DNA of 64,000 bases from Gemmatimonadota bacterium (GTDB lineage Bacteria > Gemmatimonadota > Gemmatimonadetes > Longimicrobiales > Gaopeijiaceae). The position numbers and the translations under genes are program-made. Positions within the stretch are counted from its first letter, which is position 1. Each line of letters begins with the position of its first letter. Location: the NCBI GenBank assembly GCA_039589315.1, contig JBDHHQ010000009.1, forward strand, positions 1-64,000, written 5' to 3'. Below are positions 56,050 through 64,000 of this stretch, one piece after another. The notes under the pieces are model-generated. The model saw nothing but the letters and a program-made list of their open reading frames with translations. It was not told the DNA's origin and did no database searches.

Positions 56050-56778
56050 ATGAACGAGTCCATCGGATTGGCCGTGGCCTTCAGCGCGGGCCTCCTCTCC
56101 TTTCTGTCGCCGTGCGTGCTCCCGCTCGTGCCGAGCTACCTGTCCTTCGTCACCGGGATGTCCCTGGAGGACCTCCAGGAGGGCGTGGACCGACGGAACA
56201 CGATGATCCACTCGACGCTGTTCGTCGTGGGGTTCAGCGCCATCTTCATGCTGCTCGGCGCGTCGGCCTCGTTCCTGGGACAGTTCTTCCGGTACTATGA
56301 GGTATGGATCGCCCGGATCGGGGGGCTGATCATCGTCTTGCTCGGGCTCCATCTGGCCGGGGCCTTCAGGCTCACCCCCCTGCTGCGGGAAAAGCGGTTT
56401 CACGTCCACGACAAGCCGGCCGGGTACCTGGGCACGCTCGGGGTGGGAGCCGCGTTCGGGGCCGGCTGGACGCCGTGCATCGGTCCGGTCCTCGGGGCGA
56501 TCCTGACCTTCGCCGCGTCGCGGGACGCGTTCTGGTCGGGGGTGGGCCTGCTGGGCGTCTACTCACTCGGCCTGGCCGTGCCGTTCCTGCTCTCGGCGCT
56601 GGCGATGGAGAGGTTCCTCGAGGTGTTCGCCCGGTTTCGCCGTTTCCTGCCCACTGTCCAGGTGGCCTCCGGCGTGCTCCTCGTCGTCCTCGGCGTGCTG
56701 CTCATGACCGGGACGTTCACCATCTTGAGCTCGTACCTGACCCAGTTCACGCCGGAGTGGATTCTCGACCGGATCTGA
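56050..56778 (+). CDS. ccdA: Cytochrome c biogenesis protein CcdA
   Basis: SFLSPCVLP and WTPCIGP motifs, about 6 TM. Confidence 0.92.
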   Translation: MNESIGLAVAFSAGLLSFLSPCVLPLVPSYLSFVTGMSLEDLQEGVDRRNTMIHSTLFVVGFSAIFMLLGASASFLGQFFRYYEVWIARIGGLIIVLLGLHLAGAFRLTPLLREKRFHVHDKPAGYLGTLGVGAAFGAGWTPCIGPVLGAILTFAASRDAFWSGVGLLGVYSLGLAVPFLLSALAMERFLEVFARFRRFLPTVQVASGVLLVVLGVLLMTGTFTILSSYLTQFTPEWILDRI

Positions 56779-56815
56779 TCCCGGCTTCGATCGGGTCGGG
56801 TGCTCGAGGCGCTCC

Positions 56816-58615
56816 CTAGTCGCCGGTGACCTCGGCCTCGATGGCCTGCTCGAGCATCTGACGGCGCAAGAGCGTGGCGTACACGCCGTCGGCGTCGATG
56901 AGCTCGTCGTGGGTGCCGCGCTCGACGATGAGGCCGTCTTCCAGCACCAGGATCAGGTCCGCGTGCATGACCGCGCTGACCCGGTGGCTGATGACGAAGG
57001 ACGTGCGGCGAGCGAGCACGTCCCGCAGGTCCCGCAGAATCCGGGCCTCCGTGTGGGTGTCCACGGCGCTGAGCGCGTCGTCCAGGATCAGGACGACGGG
57101 GTCCCGCGCCACGGCTCGAGCGAGCGTGGCCCGCTGCTTCTGGCCGCCCGAGAGGTTGATGCCCCGTTCGCCCAGGTAGGTGCCGTAGCCGTCCGGGAAG
57201 TCGTTGATGGACTCGTCGAGCTGGGCGACCCGAGCGGCCTCGTACACTTCCTCCGGCGGCTCGGCGCCGTCGCGTCCCCAGGGGGTATCTCGGCGTGAAG
57301 CGGCCTCTGCCAGGCCCAGTCCGATGTTCTCCGCGATCGTGTCGGAGAAGAGGAACGGGTCCTGCGGTACGACGCCCACTGCGCGCCTCAGATCGGCCGG
57401 ATCGTAGTCGCGCACGTCAGCGCCTCCGACTTGCACTCGGCCACGGGTGGTGTCATACAGCCGGGGAATCAGCGAGACCAGGGTGCTCTTGCCGGAGCCG
57501 GTGCCGCCGACGACGGCCACCGTCTGGCCAGGAAGCGCGGTGAAGCTCACCTCTCGCAACACCCATCGCTTCGTGTCCGGGTAGCGGAACCAGACGTCCT
57601 CGAAGACCACCTGGCCGGAGAGCCTGTGCGGGGGGGCGGGGTGCTCGGGCGCCGCCACGTCGGGCTCGCGCTCCAGGATCCTGTTGATGCGCCCCATGGA
57701 GGCAGCGCCCCGTTGGAAGAGGTTCACCACCCAACCCAGGGCGATCATGGGCCAGATCAGGAGGGCCAGGTACACCTGGAAGGCCACGAAGTCACCGACG
57801 GTGAGGCGTCCGGCCATGACCTCGAGCCCGCCCAGCCAGAGCACGATCACCATGGCGGCGCCGGTCAGAACGGACAGGAGGGGGTGGAACAGGCCCGCCG
57901 CCTGCACGAGCAGCATGTTGCGGTGCAGATACTCCCGGTTCTCTGCGTCGAACTGCACCGCCTGAGCCCGCTCCTGCCCGTACGCCCGGACGATGCGGAC
58001 GCCGGTCAGATTCTCCTGCACGGTCGTCGTGACCGTGGAGAACTGCTCCTGGATGCGCTCGAAACGTCGATGGATGATGCGGCCGAACCCCAAGACGACC
58101 GGAGGGACCAGCACCATGGGGATCAGGGCATAGAGCGTGAGCCGCGGGCTGATCCAGGTCATGATCGCCAGGCCCACCGCGAAGCCCACGGCCGTGTTCA
58201 CCGAATACATGACCGCGGGCCCTGCGGCCATGCGGGCGGCCAGCATGTCCTGCGTGGATCGGGCCATGAGGTCGCCGGTGCGCGTCTGCCCGAAGAACCT
58301 GGCGTCCAGGCTCAGGAGACGCCGGAAGTACTTCTCCCTGAGATCGCATTCCATGCGCCGGCTGATGCCGTTCAGAAGCTCTCGCATCCCGTAGCGGCAT
58401 ACGCCCCCCAACGCCGTGGTGCCGACGATCAGGGCGGCGAGCATGGCCAGCGTCGTCATGGTCGTGGCCGGATCGTCCAGGCCATCGATGGCCACCTTCA
58501 AGATGTATGGCGCCGCCTTGCCGAACGCGTTGGCGAGGACGACCAGCAACAGCCCCGCCACGAGGCCCCGGCGGTAAGGGCGGAAGAAGGGCAAGAGCGT
58601 CTTCAGCTGGCTCAT
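56816..58615 (-). CDS. ABC exporter, fused permease/ATPase (MdlA-like)
   Basis: TM domain, GGTGSGKST, LSGGQKQR, ILDDALSAVD, SHR. Confidence 0.93.
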   Translation of the reverse strand: MSQLKTLLPFFRPYRRGLVAGLLLVVLANAFGKAAPYILKVAIDGLDDPATTMTTLAMLAALIVGTTALGGVCRYGMRELLNGISRRMECDLREKYFRRLLSLDARFFGQTRTGDLMARSTQDMLAARMAAGPAVMYSVNTAVGFAVGLAIMTWISPRLTLYALIPMVLVPPVVLGFGRIIHRRFERIQEQFSTVTTTVQENLTGVRIVRAYGQERAQAVQFDAENREYLHRNMLLVQAAGLFHPLLSVLTGAAMVIVLWLGGLEVMAGRLTVGDFVAFQVYLALLIWPMIALGWVVNLFQRGAASMGRINRILEREPDVAAPEHPAPPHRLSGQVVFEDVWFRYPDTKRWVLREVSFTALPGQTVAVVGGTGSGKSTLVSLIPRLYDTTRGRVQVGGADVRDYDPADLRRAVGVVPQDPFLFSDTIAENIGLGLAEAASRRDTPWGRDGAEPPEEVYEAARVAQLDESINDFPDGYGTYLGERGINLSGGQKQRATLARAVARDPVVLILDDALSAVDTHTEARILRDLRDVLARRTSFVISHRVSAVMHADLILVLEDGLIVERGTHDELIDADGVYATLLRRQMLEQAIEAEVTGD

Positions 58616-58773
58616 TTCACGCTCGTTCGTGTATCACCGTTCGGGTCGCCGTTCCGGCGTCCCCGGGCCGCTTGGCCGGGCGTCCGTCGCCCGGTATCGC
58701 GCCCATGCGAGCACTGGACCGCGCCCGAGCGGGAACCCGGGTCCCGCGGGCGGAAGCGCTGAGGGAAAGTCGT

Positions 58774-59826
58774 ATGGTGAGGCACGGCGGGAAAGTTCCG
58801 GTGATGCTCCTGGCGGCGGGGGCGCTGACCCTGGCGGCTTGCGGCGGGGAGGCCAGGTCCGCCGAAGGCCCGGAGGGGGAAGGCCAGAGCCACGAGGCCG
58901 TCGTCGAAGCGCCGAGCTCCGACGGTTCCGCAACGGCCGTAGCGCCCGCGCCCGGTAGCCGGGAAGCCGCGGCGCTGGCCGTCCAGGACGCCCCCGAGCC
59001 CGAAGCCGAGCCGCTCGAGGAAGAGCAGGCTCCTTCGTCCGCCGTCGTGCTGCGTCCTCGTCCGTCGCCGGCACCGGAGCCCGCGCCGGATCGCCCGGTC
59101 GAAGCGTCTCGTCCGACGGGAGGGCCCATCCCTGCTCCCCCACCTGCCGAAGAGATGGACGAGGAACCGGCGGAGCCCGACGAACCCGATCCGGAGCCCG
59201 CTCCCGACGAGCCGGCGGCAGTGTTGGAGACGCCGGCCCCGATAGTGGATCTCGCCGACGTACCCGAACCCGTCACCGAGCCCGCACCGGCTGGGCTGGT
59301 GCTGCAGCCCGGCGTCGAGATCCCGGTGACGCTGGAGGCGGACCTCTCGACCCGAAGCCATGGCCCCGGGGACGCGTTCTACGGCTACGTCGAGGACGAC
59401 GTGCTCGCGGCGGATGGCATGGTGTTGGTGCCCATGGGCGCGCGCATACGAGGCCGGGTCGTGGAGAGCCGTAAATCCACCGGGCCCAACGACTCCGCCG
59501 TGCTCGACCTGGCTTTGGAGGCGCTGATCGCCGACGGACGCAACTACCCCATGGTGGGGACGGTCGTGCGGACCGAGATCGAGGCCCAGTCCGGTGAGAG
59601 CACCGGCCGGACAGTGGCGAAGGTCGGCGTAGGCGCCGCCGCCGGGGCAATCCTGGGGAAGCTCCTGGGCAAGAACACGGAAGCGGCCGTTGCGGGCGCC
59701 CTGGTCGGCGCGGCGGCCGGCACGGCCGCGGCGATCTCCGCCAAGGACGGCCACGCGCTCATCCCTCAGGGCTCCACCATCGTCGTACGGCTGGATCTTC
59801 CGCTGGAGCTCGAACCGAGCCGGTAG
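58774..59826 (+). CDS. Lipoprotein with Pro/Glu-rich linker and TrbI/VirB10-like beta domain plus glycine zipper
   Basis: Lipobox LAAC; PEP-rich stretch; LSTRSHGPGDAF, VPMGARIRGRV, GAAAGAILG..GALVGAAAG. Confidence 0.65.
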   Translation: MVRHGGKVPVMLLAAGALTLAACGGEARSAEGPEGEGQSHEAVVEAPSSDGSATAVAPAPGSREAAALAVQDAPEPEAEPLEEEQAPSSAVVLRPRPSPAPEPAPDRPVEASRPTGGPIPAPPPAEEMDEEPAEPDEPDPEPAPDEPAAVLETPAPIVDLADVPEPVTEPAPAGLVLQPGVEIPVTLEADLSTRSHGPGDAFYGYVEDDVLAADGMVLVPMGARIRGRVVESRKSTGPNDSAVLDLALEALIADGRNYPMVGTVVRTEIEAQSGESTGRTVAKVGVGAAAGAILGKLLGKNTEAAVAGALVGAAAGTAAAISAKDGHALIPQGSTIVVRLDLPLELEPSR

Positions 59827-59852
59827 GAGACGAGGGGACGCCGGGTCGGGTC

Positions 59853-61043
59853 TCACTCGTGCGCGGGAGGGTCCTCGAGAAGGGCCTGTGCCGAGGCGGC
59901 CAGTGTAGCGGCTCCGACGTAGAGGGCCCGTTCGTCGATGTCGAATCGCGGATGATGGTGCTGGCGGAGGTCCGGTAATCCCGCGCCGAGCCAGAAGAAC
60001 GCGCCGGGCGCCTCCCGAGACAGGATGCCGAAGTCCTCCGCTTCCATGATGCGTGAGCCGGGGAGCACGGCGTCCGGCCCGAGGATCCCGCTAGCCGCGG
60101 CTCCAACCCGGGCAGCGACGTGGGCGTGGTTGACCACGGGCGGGAACCCCGGCCGGAAGGTGACCCGCGCGGAGCCTCCGAGAGCTTCGGCGGTGGCGAA
60201 GGCGGCGCGCACGGCGGCTCGGAGCTCCTCTCGCACCTCCTCCACGAAGTAGCGGAGGGTGCCCGTCAGCCGCACGTGATCGGCGATGATGTTGGCGGCC
60301 GTTCCGCCCCGGACGGTCCCGAAGGTGATCACCCCGGCGTCGCCCGGCGCGATCCGGCGGGACACCGCCTGTTGGGCGGCCAGCACCCCTTGGCTGGCCA
60401 GCAGGACCGCGTCCACGCCCTCGTGCGGTCGGGCTCCATGGGCGCTCCTGCCGTGTACGTCCACGACGATCTCCTCGCCCCCCGCCATGATGGTCCCGTC
60501 CGCCAGAAACACCTTGCCCACCGGCAGGTGGGCCCCGACGTGGAGGCCCACGATGGCGTCGACGTCGTCCATGGCGCCATCCTCGATCATGCGCGTGGCG
60601 CCACTCTTGCCCTCCGAGTCCACGGTCTCTTCGGAGGGCTGAAACAGGAACCGGACGGCGCCCGGGGCCAGATGCCCGCCACGGGCGGCGCCCACCAGCA
60701 GGGTCGCCGCACCCAGGAGTCCCGCCGTGTGGGCGTCGTGCCCGCACGCATGCATCACGCCCGCTTCGGTGGATCCGAAGTCGTGATCCGGGTCTTCCTG
60801 GATCGGCAAGGCGTCCATGTCCGCCCGCAGCGCCACCGTGGGCCCCGAACCGTTGCGGAGTTCTCCCACCACTCCGGTGCGACCCACGCCCGTCCGTACC
60901 ACCAGGTGCAGTGCGGCGAGCCGGTCCGCGACGACGCTGGCGGTGCGGTGCTCCTGGAAGGACAGCTCGGGGTGGCGATGGAAGTCGCGCCGTAGGGCGA
61001 TCAGCTCGGGCTGAAGGGCGCGCGCCTGCTCCAGTAGGTCCAT
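59853..61043 (-). CDS. M20D amidohydrolase
   Basis: HRHPELSFQE, LRADMDALP, HACGHDAH, FQPSEE, AEDF, HHPRF. Confidence 0.93.
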   Translation of the reverse strand: MDLLEQARALQPELIALRRDFHRHPELSFQEHRTASVVADRLAALHLVVRTGVGRTGVVGELRNGSGPTVALRADMDALPIQEDPDHDFGSTEAGVMHACGHDAHTAGLLGAATLLVGAARGGHLAPGAVRFLFQPSEETVDSEGKSGATRMIEDGAMDDVDAIVGLHVGAHLPVGKVFLADGTIMAGGEEIVVDVHGRSAHGARPHEGVDAVLLASQGVLAAQQAVSRRIAPGDAGVITFGTVRGGTAANIIADHVRLTGTLRYFVEEVREELRAAVRAAFATAEALGGSARVTFRPGFPPVVNHAHVAARVGAAASGILGPDAVLPGSRIMEAEDFGILSREAPGAFFWLGAGLPDLRQHHHPRFDIDERALYVGAATLAASAQALLEDPPAHE

Positions 61044-61254
61044 GGACGAAACCGTCGGAAGGAGGGTCCTGGTGTGGGCCGCGACTGCACCGGGTCACGG
61101 TGACGTCTGCCCGTCGTACCCATGGCGTTGCCGCCCGGATCGCGCCCGGGCTAGCTTTCCGTGGAGCGAACGATCACCCGCAGTATACGCGGCCCGGCGT
61201 CGGCCTCACAACGCCGACCCGGAAGCCCTTCCGCCGGCGAGGTCGGCGAGCCCT

Positions 61255-62154
61255 ATGTCCGATCCGCGCCTCACGGAGCAGCGTAACCCCCGCACCCAGC
61301 GCATCGACACCCTGTCTCCCCTCGAGATCGTGGACCTGATCAACGCGGAGGACCAGACGGTGGCCGCCGCCGTGGCCGAGGAGCGCGAAGTCCTGGCCCG
61401 TGCGCTCGAGCTCGTGGTGGAGGCCTTCCGTGGCGGTGGACGGCTCATTTACGTGGGCGCCGGCACGTCGGGTCGGCTGGGCGTTTTGGACGCGGCCGAG
61501 ATGCCGCCGACCTACGGCACCGACCCCGAGATGGTGCAGGGTGTGATCGCCGGCGGATACGGCGCGCTGGTGCGCTCGATGGAGGGCGCAGAGGACCACC
61601 CGGCAGACGGTGCGGCCGCCATGGACGAGCGGAACGTGGGCCCGGACGATTTCGTCCTGGGGATCGCAACCTCGGGTACGACGCCCTTCGTGCACGGAGC
61701 GTTGGCGCGCGCGCGGGAGCGGCACGCCCGCACCGGCTTCCTCCTCTGCACCCAGCCCACCCGCGAGCTCACGGAGACCCACGACGTGGTGATCGCCCCG
61801 CTCGTGGGTCCCGAGGTGATCACGGGATCCACGCGCATGAAAGCGGGCACGGCGACCAAGCTCGTCCTCAACACGCTCACGACCGGTGCCATGGTTCGCC
61901 TGGGGAAGGTCTACGGGAACCTCATGGTGGACGTTCAGGTGACGTGCGAGAAGCTGCGGGACCGCGGCGAGCGCATCCTCGTCGAGACGTTGGGGGTCGA
62001 GCGGACGGAGGCGGGCCGGCTCCTCGACGACTCGGAGGGCCACGTCAAGAGCGCCCTCGTAATGGGAAGGAACGGGGTGTCGCTCGAGGAGGCCCGCCGA
62101 CTGCTCCACGAGGCCGACGGGCACCTGGCCCTCGTGGTGGGGGATCCCGTGTGA
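61255..62154 (+). CDS. murQ: N-acetylmuramic acid 6-phosphate etherase
   Basis: TEQRNPRT, GAGTSGRLGVLDAAE, GAED, GPEVITGSTRMKAGTATK, GKVYGNLMVD. Confidence 0.95.
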   Translation: MSDPRLTEQRNPRTQRIDTLSPLEIVDLINAEDQTVAAAVAEEREVLARALELVVEAFRGGGRLIYVGAGTSGRLGVLDAAEMPPTYGTDPEMVQGVIAGGYGALVRSMEGAEDHPADGAAAMDERNVGPDDFVLGIATSGTTPFVHGALARARERHARTGFLLCTQPTRELTETHDVVIAPLVGPEVITGSTRMKAGTATKLVLNTLTTGAMVRLGKVYGNLMVDVQVTCEKLRDRGERILVETLGVERTEAGRLLDDSEGHVKSALVMGRNGVSLEEARRLLHEADGHLALVVGDPV

Positions 62155-63872
62155 GGCCCAGGGCCGGACCGGGGCGCCGCATCGCCGTGCTGGGCGCCCT
62201 CGTCGTATCGCTCCAGCTGGCCTTCGCAGCGGCGGCCTTCAATCCGGCGCCCCACACCGGCGGGGACAACGCAGGCTACGTCACGCTGGCGTATTCCCTC
62301 CTGGAGCGGGGCGCCTACCTGGAGGTCCACGACCCCGCAGAGCCTCGGGCCTCCAAGTATCCCCCCGCCTACCCCGCGGTCCTGGCCGCCGCCATGGCCG
62401 TGGGAGCCCGGACCTGGATGTCCTTGAAGCTTCTGTCTCTGGCGTTCATCTGCCTGGCCCTGTTGGTCGCGTTCCTCTGGATCGAGGGAAGGCGCGGGGC
62501 CGGGTTCGCGTTCATGGTGGCCCTGATCCTCTCCCTCTCGGACGCCTTCCTCTGGCACACCCAGTGGATTCTCTCGGACCCTCTCTTCCTGGCGCTGACC
62601 CTGTGCTGCATCTGGGCCTGCGACCGGGCCGAGCGGGAGGAACGATCCGGTCCGTGGTTGGCCTTGGGCATGGCCGCGGCGATCCTCGCCTTCTTCACGC
62701 GCTCGGCCGGACTCCCTCTGATCCTGGCTATGGCAGGGTGGCTGGCATTCCACCGGCGGTGGCGGACGCTGGCGATCCTCGCCGTCGCGTTCGGGGGCCC
62801 GGCCACGCTCTGGTGGCTCCGGACGCGGGGCATCGTCGGGGCGGGCTACGTCGCGGAGTTCTGGATGGTAGACCCCTACCAGCCGGACCTGGGAACGGTG
62901 GGCCCCTGGGAGCTCCTGGGCCGGGTGCGGGCGAACGTCGGCGCCTACGTGGGACGTTGGATCCCGGGCGGGTTGGTGGGGCTGCGGGGGCGGCTGGTGA
63001 CGGTGGTCGGGGTAGGATTGACGGCCTTCGCGGCCGTCGGGTGGGCGAAGCGAGTGCGCCGCCATCCCGGCGTGGCCGAGATCTTCACGCCCCTGTACCT
63101 GGGCCTCATCCTCCTCTGGCCCGTTATCTGGGCCGGAGACCGTTTCGCGCTTCCTCTCTATCCCATCGTCCTGTTCTACGCGGGTGAGACGCTTCTCTCG
63201 AGTCTGCAGCAGGTCCGCCCCCTCGCACAGAGGGCGGTCGTGGCAGCCAGCGTCCTGGCCCTGCTCGTTCCGGCCACCGTCACCTGGGTGTGGGCCGCGT
63301 CCGACGCCGCCCTGTGTCGTGGCCTCATCAGGGAAGCGGGGCCTTTCGCATGCTACGACGCTGCCGTTCAGGAGTACGTGAAGGCCGCGGAGTGGGCCGG
63401 GGAGCACCTGGAACCAGGCTCGGTCGTGTACACTCGCAAGCCGCGTCTCTTCTACGTGTTGAGCGGCGTGAAGGCTCGGGTCTACCCGCTCACCCAGGAT
63501 CCGGCCGAGTTCCTGGACGCGGCGCTGGCCGGGGGGACCAGCCACGTCGTGATGGACTATCTGGACCGCCTCGGCTCGTACTACCTGGCGCCGGTGATAC
63601 AGGGCCGCACCGGCGCCTTCTGCTCTCTCGTGGGCTTCGGGGATCCCAGCGTCTCCCGGACGGAGATCTTCGGCGTGCTGGCACCGTCCGCATGGGAGGC
63701 CGAGGGGGGACCGGGAGGGGTGGAGGGCACCTTCGTGGTGAGCCTCCGGCTGTGCCGAGGAGCGCCACCCGACGGGACCGGCTCGTCCGAGCCGCCCTAC
63801 TCGACCGCGACCATTCCCCTCCTCGAATCGCTCGACGAACAGGTAGGCTTCGACGCCCCGGGAGCGGGGTGA
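62151..63872 (+). CDS. GT-C (ArnT/PMT-like) membrane glycosyltransferase
   Basis: GGDNAGYVTLA, KYPPAYP, ILSDPLF, TRSAG, DRFALP; many TM; GTGA overlap with murQ. Confidence 0.75.
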   Translation: MRPRAGPGRRIAVLGALVVSLQLAFAAAAFNPAPHTGGDNAGYVTLAYSLLERGAYLEVHDPAEPRASKYPPAYPAVLAAAMAVGARTWMSLKLLSLAFICLALLVAFLWIEGRRGAGFAFMVALILSLSDAFLWHTQWILSDPLFLALTLCCIWACDRAEREERSGPWLALGMAAAILAFFTRSAGLPLILAMAGWLAFHRRWRTLAILAVAFGGPATLWWLRTRGIVGAGYVAEFWMVDPYQPDLGTVGPWELLGRVRANVGAYVGRWIPGGLVGLRGRLVTVVGVGLTAFAAVGWAKRVRRHPGVAEIFTPLYLGLILLWPVIWAGDRFALPLYPIVLFYAGETLLSSLQQVRPLAQRAVVAASVLALLVPATVTWVWAASDAALCRGLIREAGPFACYDAAVQEYVKAAEWAGEHLEPGSVVYTRKPRLFYVLSGVKARVYPLTQDPAEFLDAALAGGTSHVVMDYLDRLGSYYLAPVIQGRTGAFCSLVGFGDPSVSRTEIFGVLAPSAWEAEGGPGGVEGTFVVSLRLCRGAPPDGTGSSEPPYSTATIPLLESLDEQVGFDAPGAG

Positions 63873-63948
63873 CCGCCACCAGGGAGAGGAGGATATCGGC
63901 GAGGCGGGACCGACCGGTGCGTCGCCGGACCGCGGCGGCGGTCGGGGG

Positions 63949-64000
63949 TCAGAGGCCTCGCCCCGACGGGCCTCGCCCGTACAGACTGGCCAGGATGACG
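63949..64000 (-). CDS. Possible 3' end of a gene entering from the right edge
   Basis: Minus strand reads ..VILASLYGRGPSGRGL*; too short to verify. Confidence 0.25.
   Translation of the reverse strand, partial: VILASLYGRGPSGRGL

Overview
High-GC (about 70% by eye), gene-dense bacterial chromosomal segment with about 50 CDS. I see no rRNA, tRNA, CRISPR array, integrase or transposase. The gene complement resembles Gemmatimonadota (inference, not proven): VPS10 glycosidase, S9 peptidase, DUF4953-type metalloprotease, carboxypeptidase-domain TonB receptors, DUF2723, Ig-domain lipoproteins and a fused E1 alpha/beta. The left half is accessory and envelope-related: peptidases, a histone-H1-like protein divergent from a SprT protease, a Rieske-TPP fusion, a Tat-exported alanine racemase, an ECF sigma/anti-sigma/TonB receptor/serpin module, orphan Tad pseudopilins and an Ig-lipoprotein/OMP pair. 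The right half holds a TMEM260-like glycosyltransferase/TonB receptor/lipoprotein cluster and housekeeping genes (E1, dedA, coaE, nrnA, fur, speB, cls, ccdA, ABC transporter, murQ). Best leads: (1) the same GCCGTCACAC..N..TCGTTGA ECF-type promoter lies before both the ECF sigma gene and the serpin, suggesting a protease-defence regulon; (2) an in-frame CoaE-PHP phosphoesterase fusion sits next to NrnA; (3) a SprT protease is head-to-head with an almost purely basic 11-mer-repeat H1-like protein; (4) the TMEM260-like/TonB receptor cluster may be a protein glycosylation locus. All calls come from motif recognition by eye; no database searches were run, so novelty is unverified.
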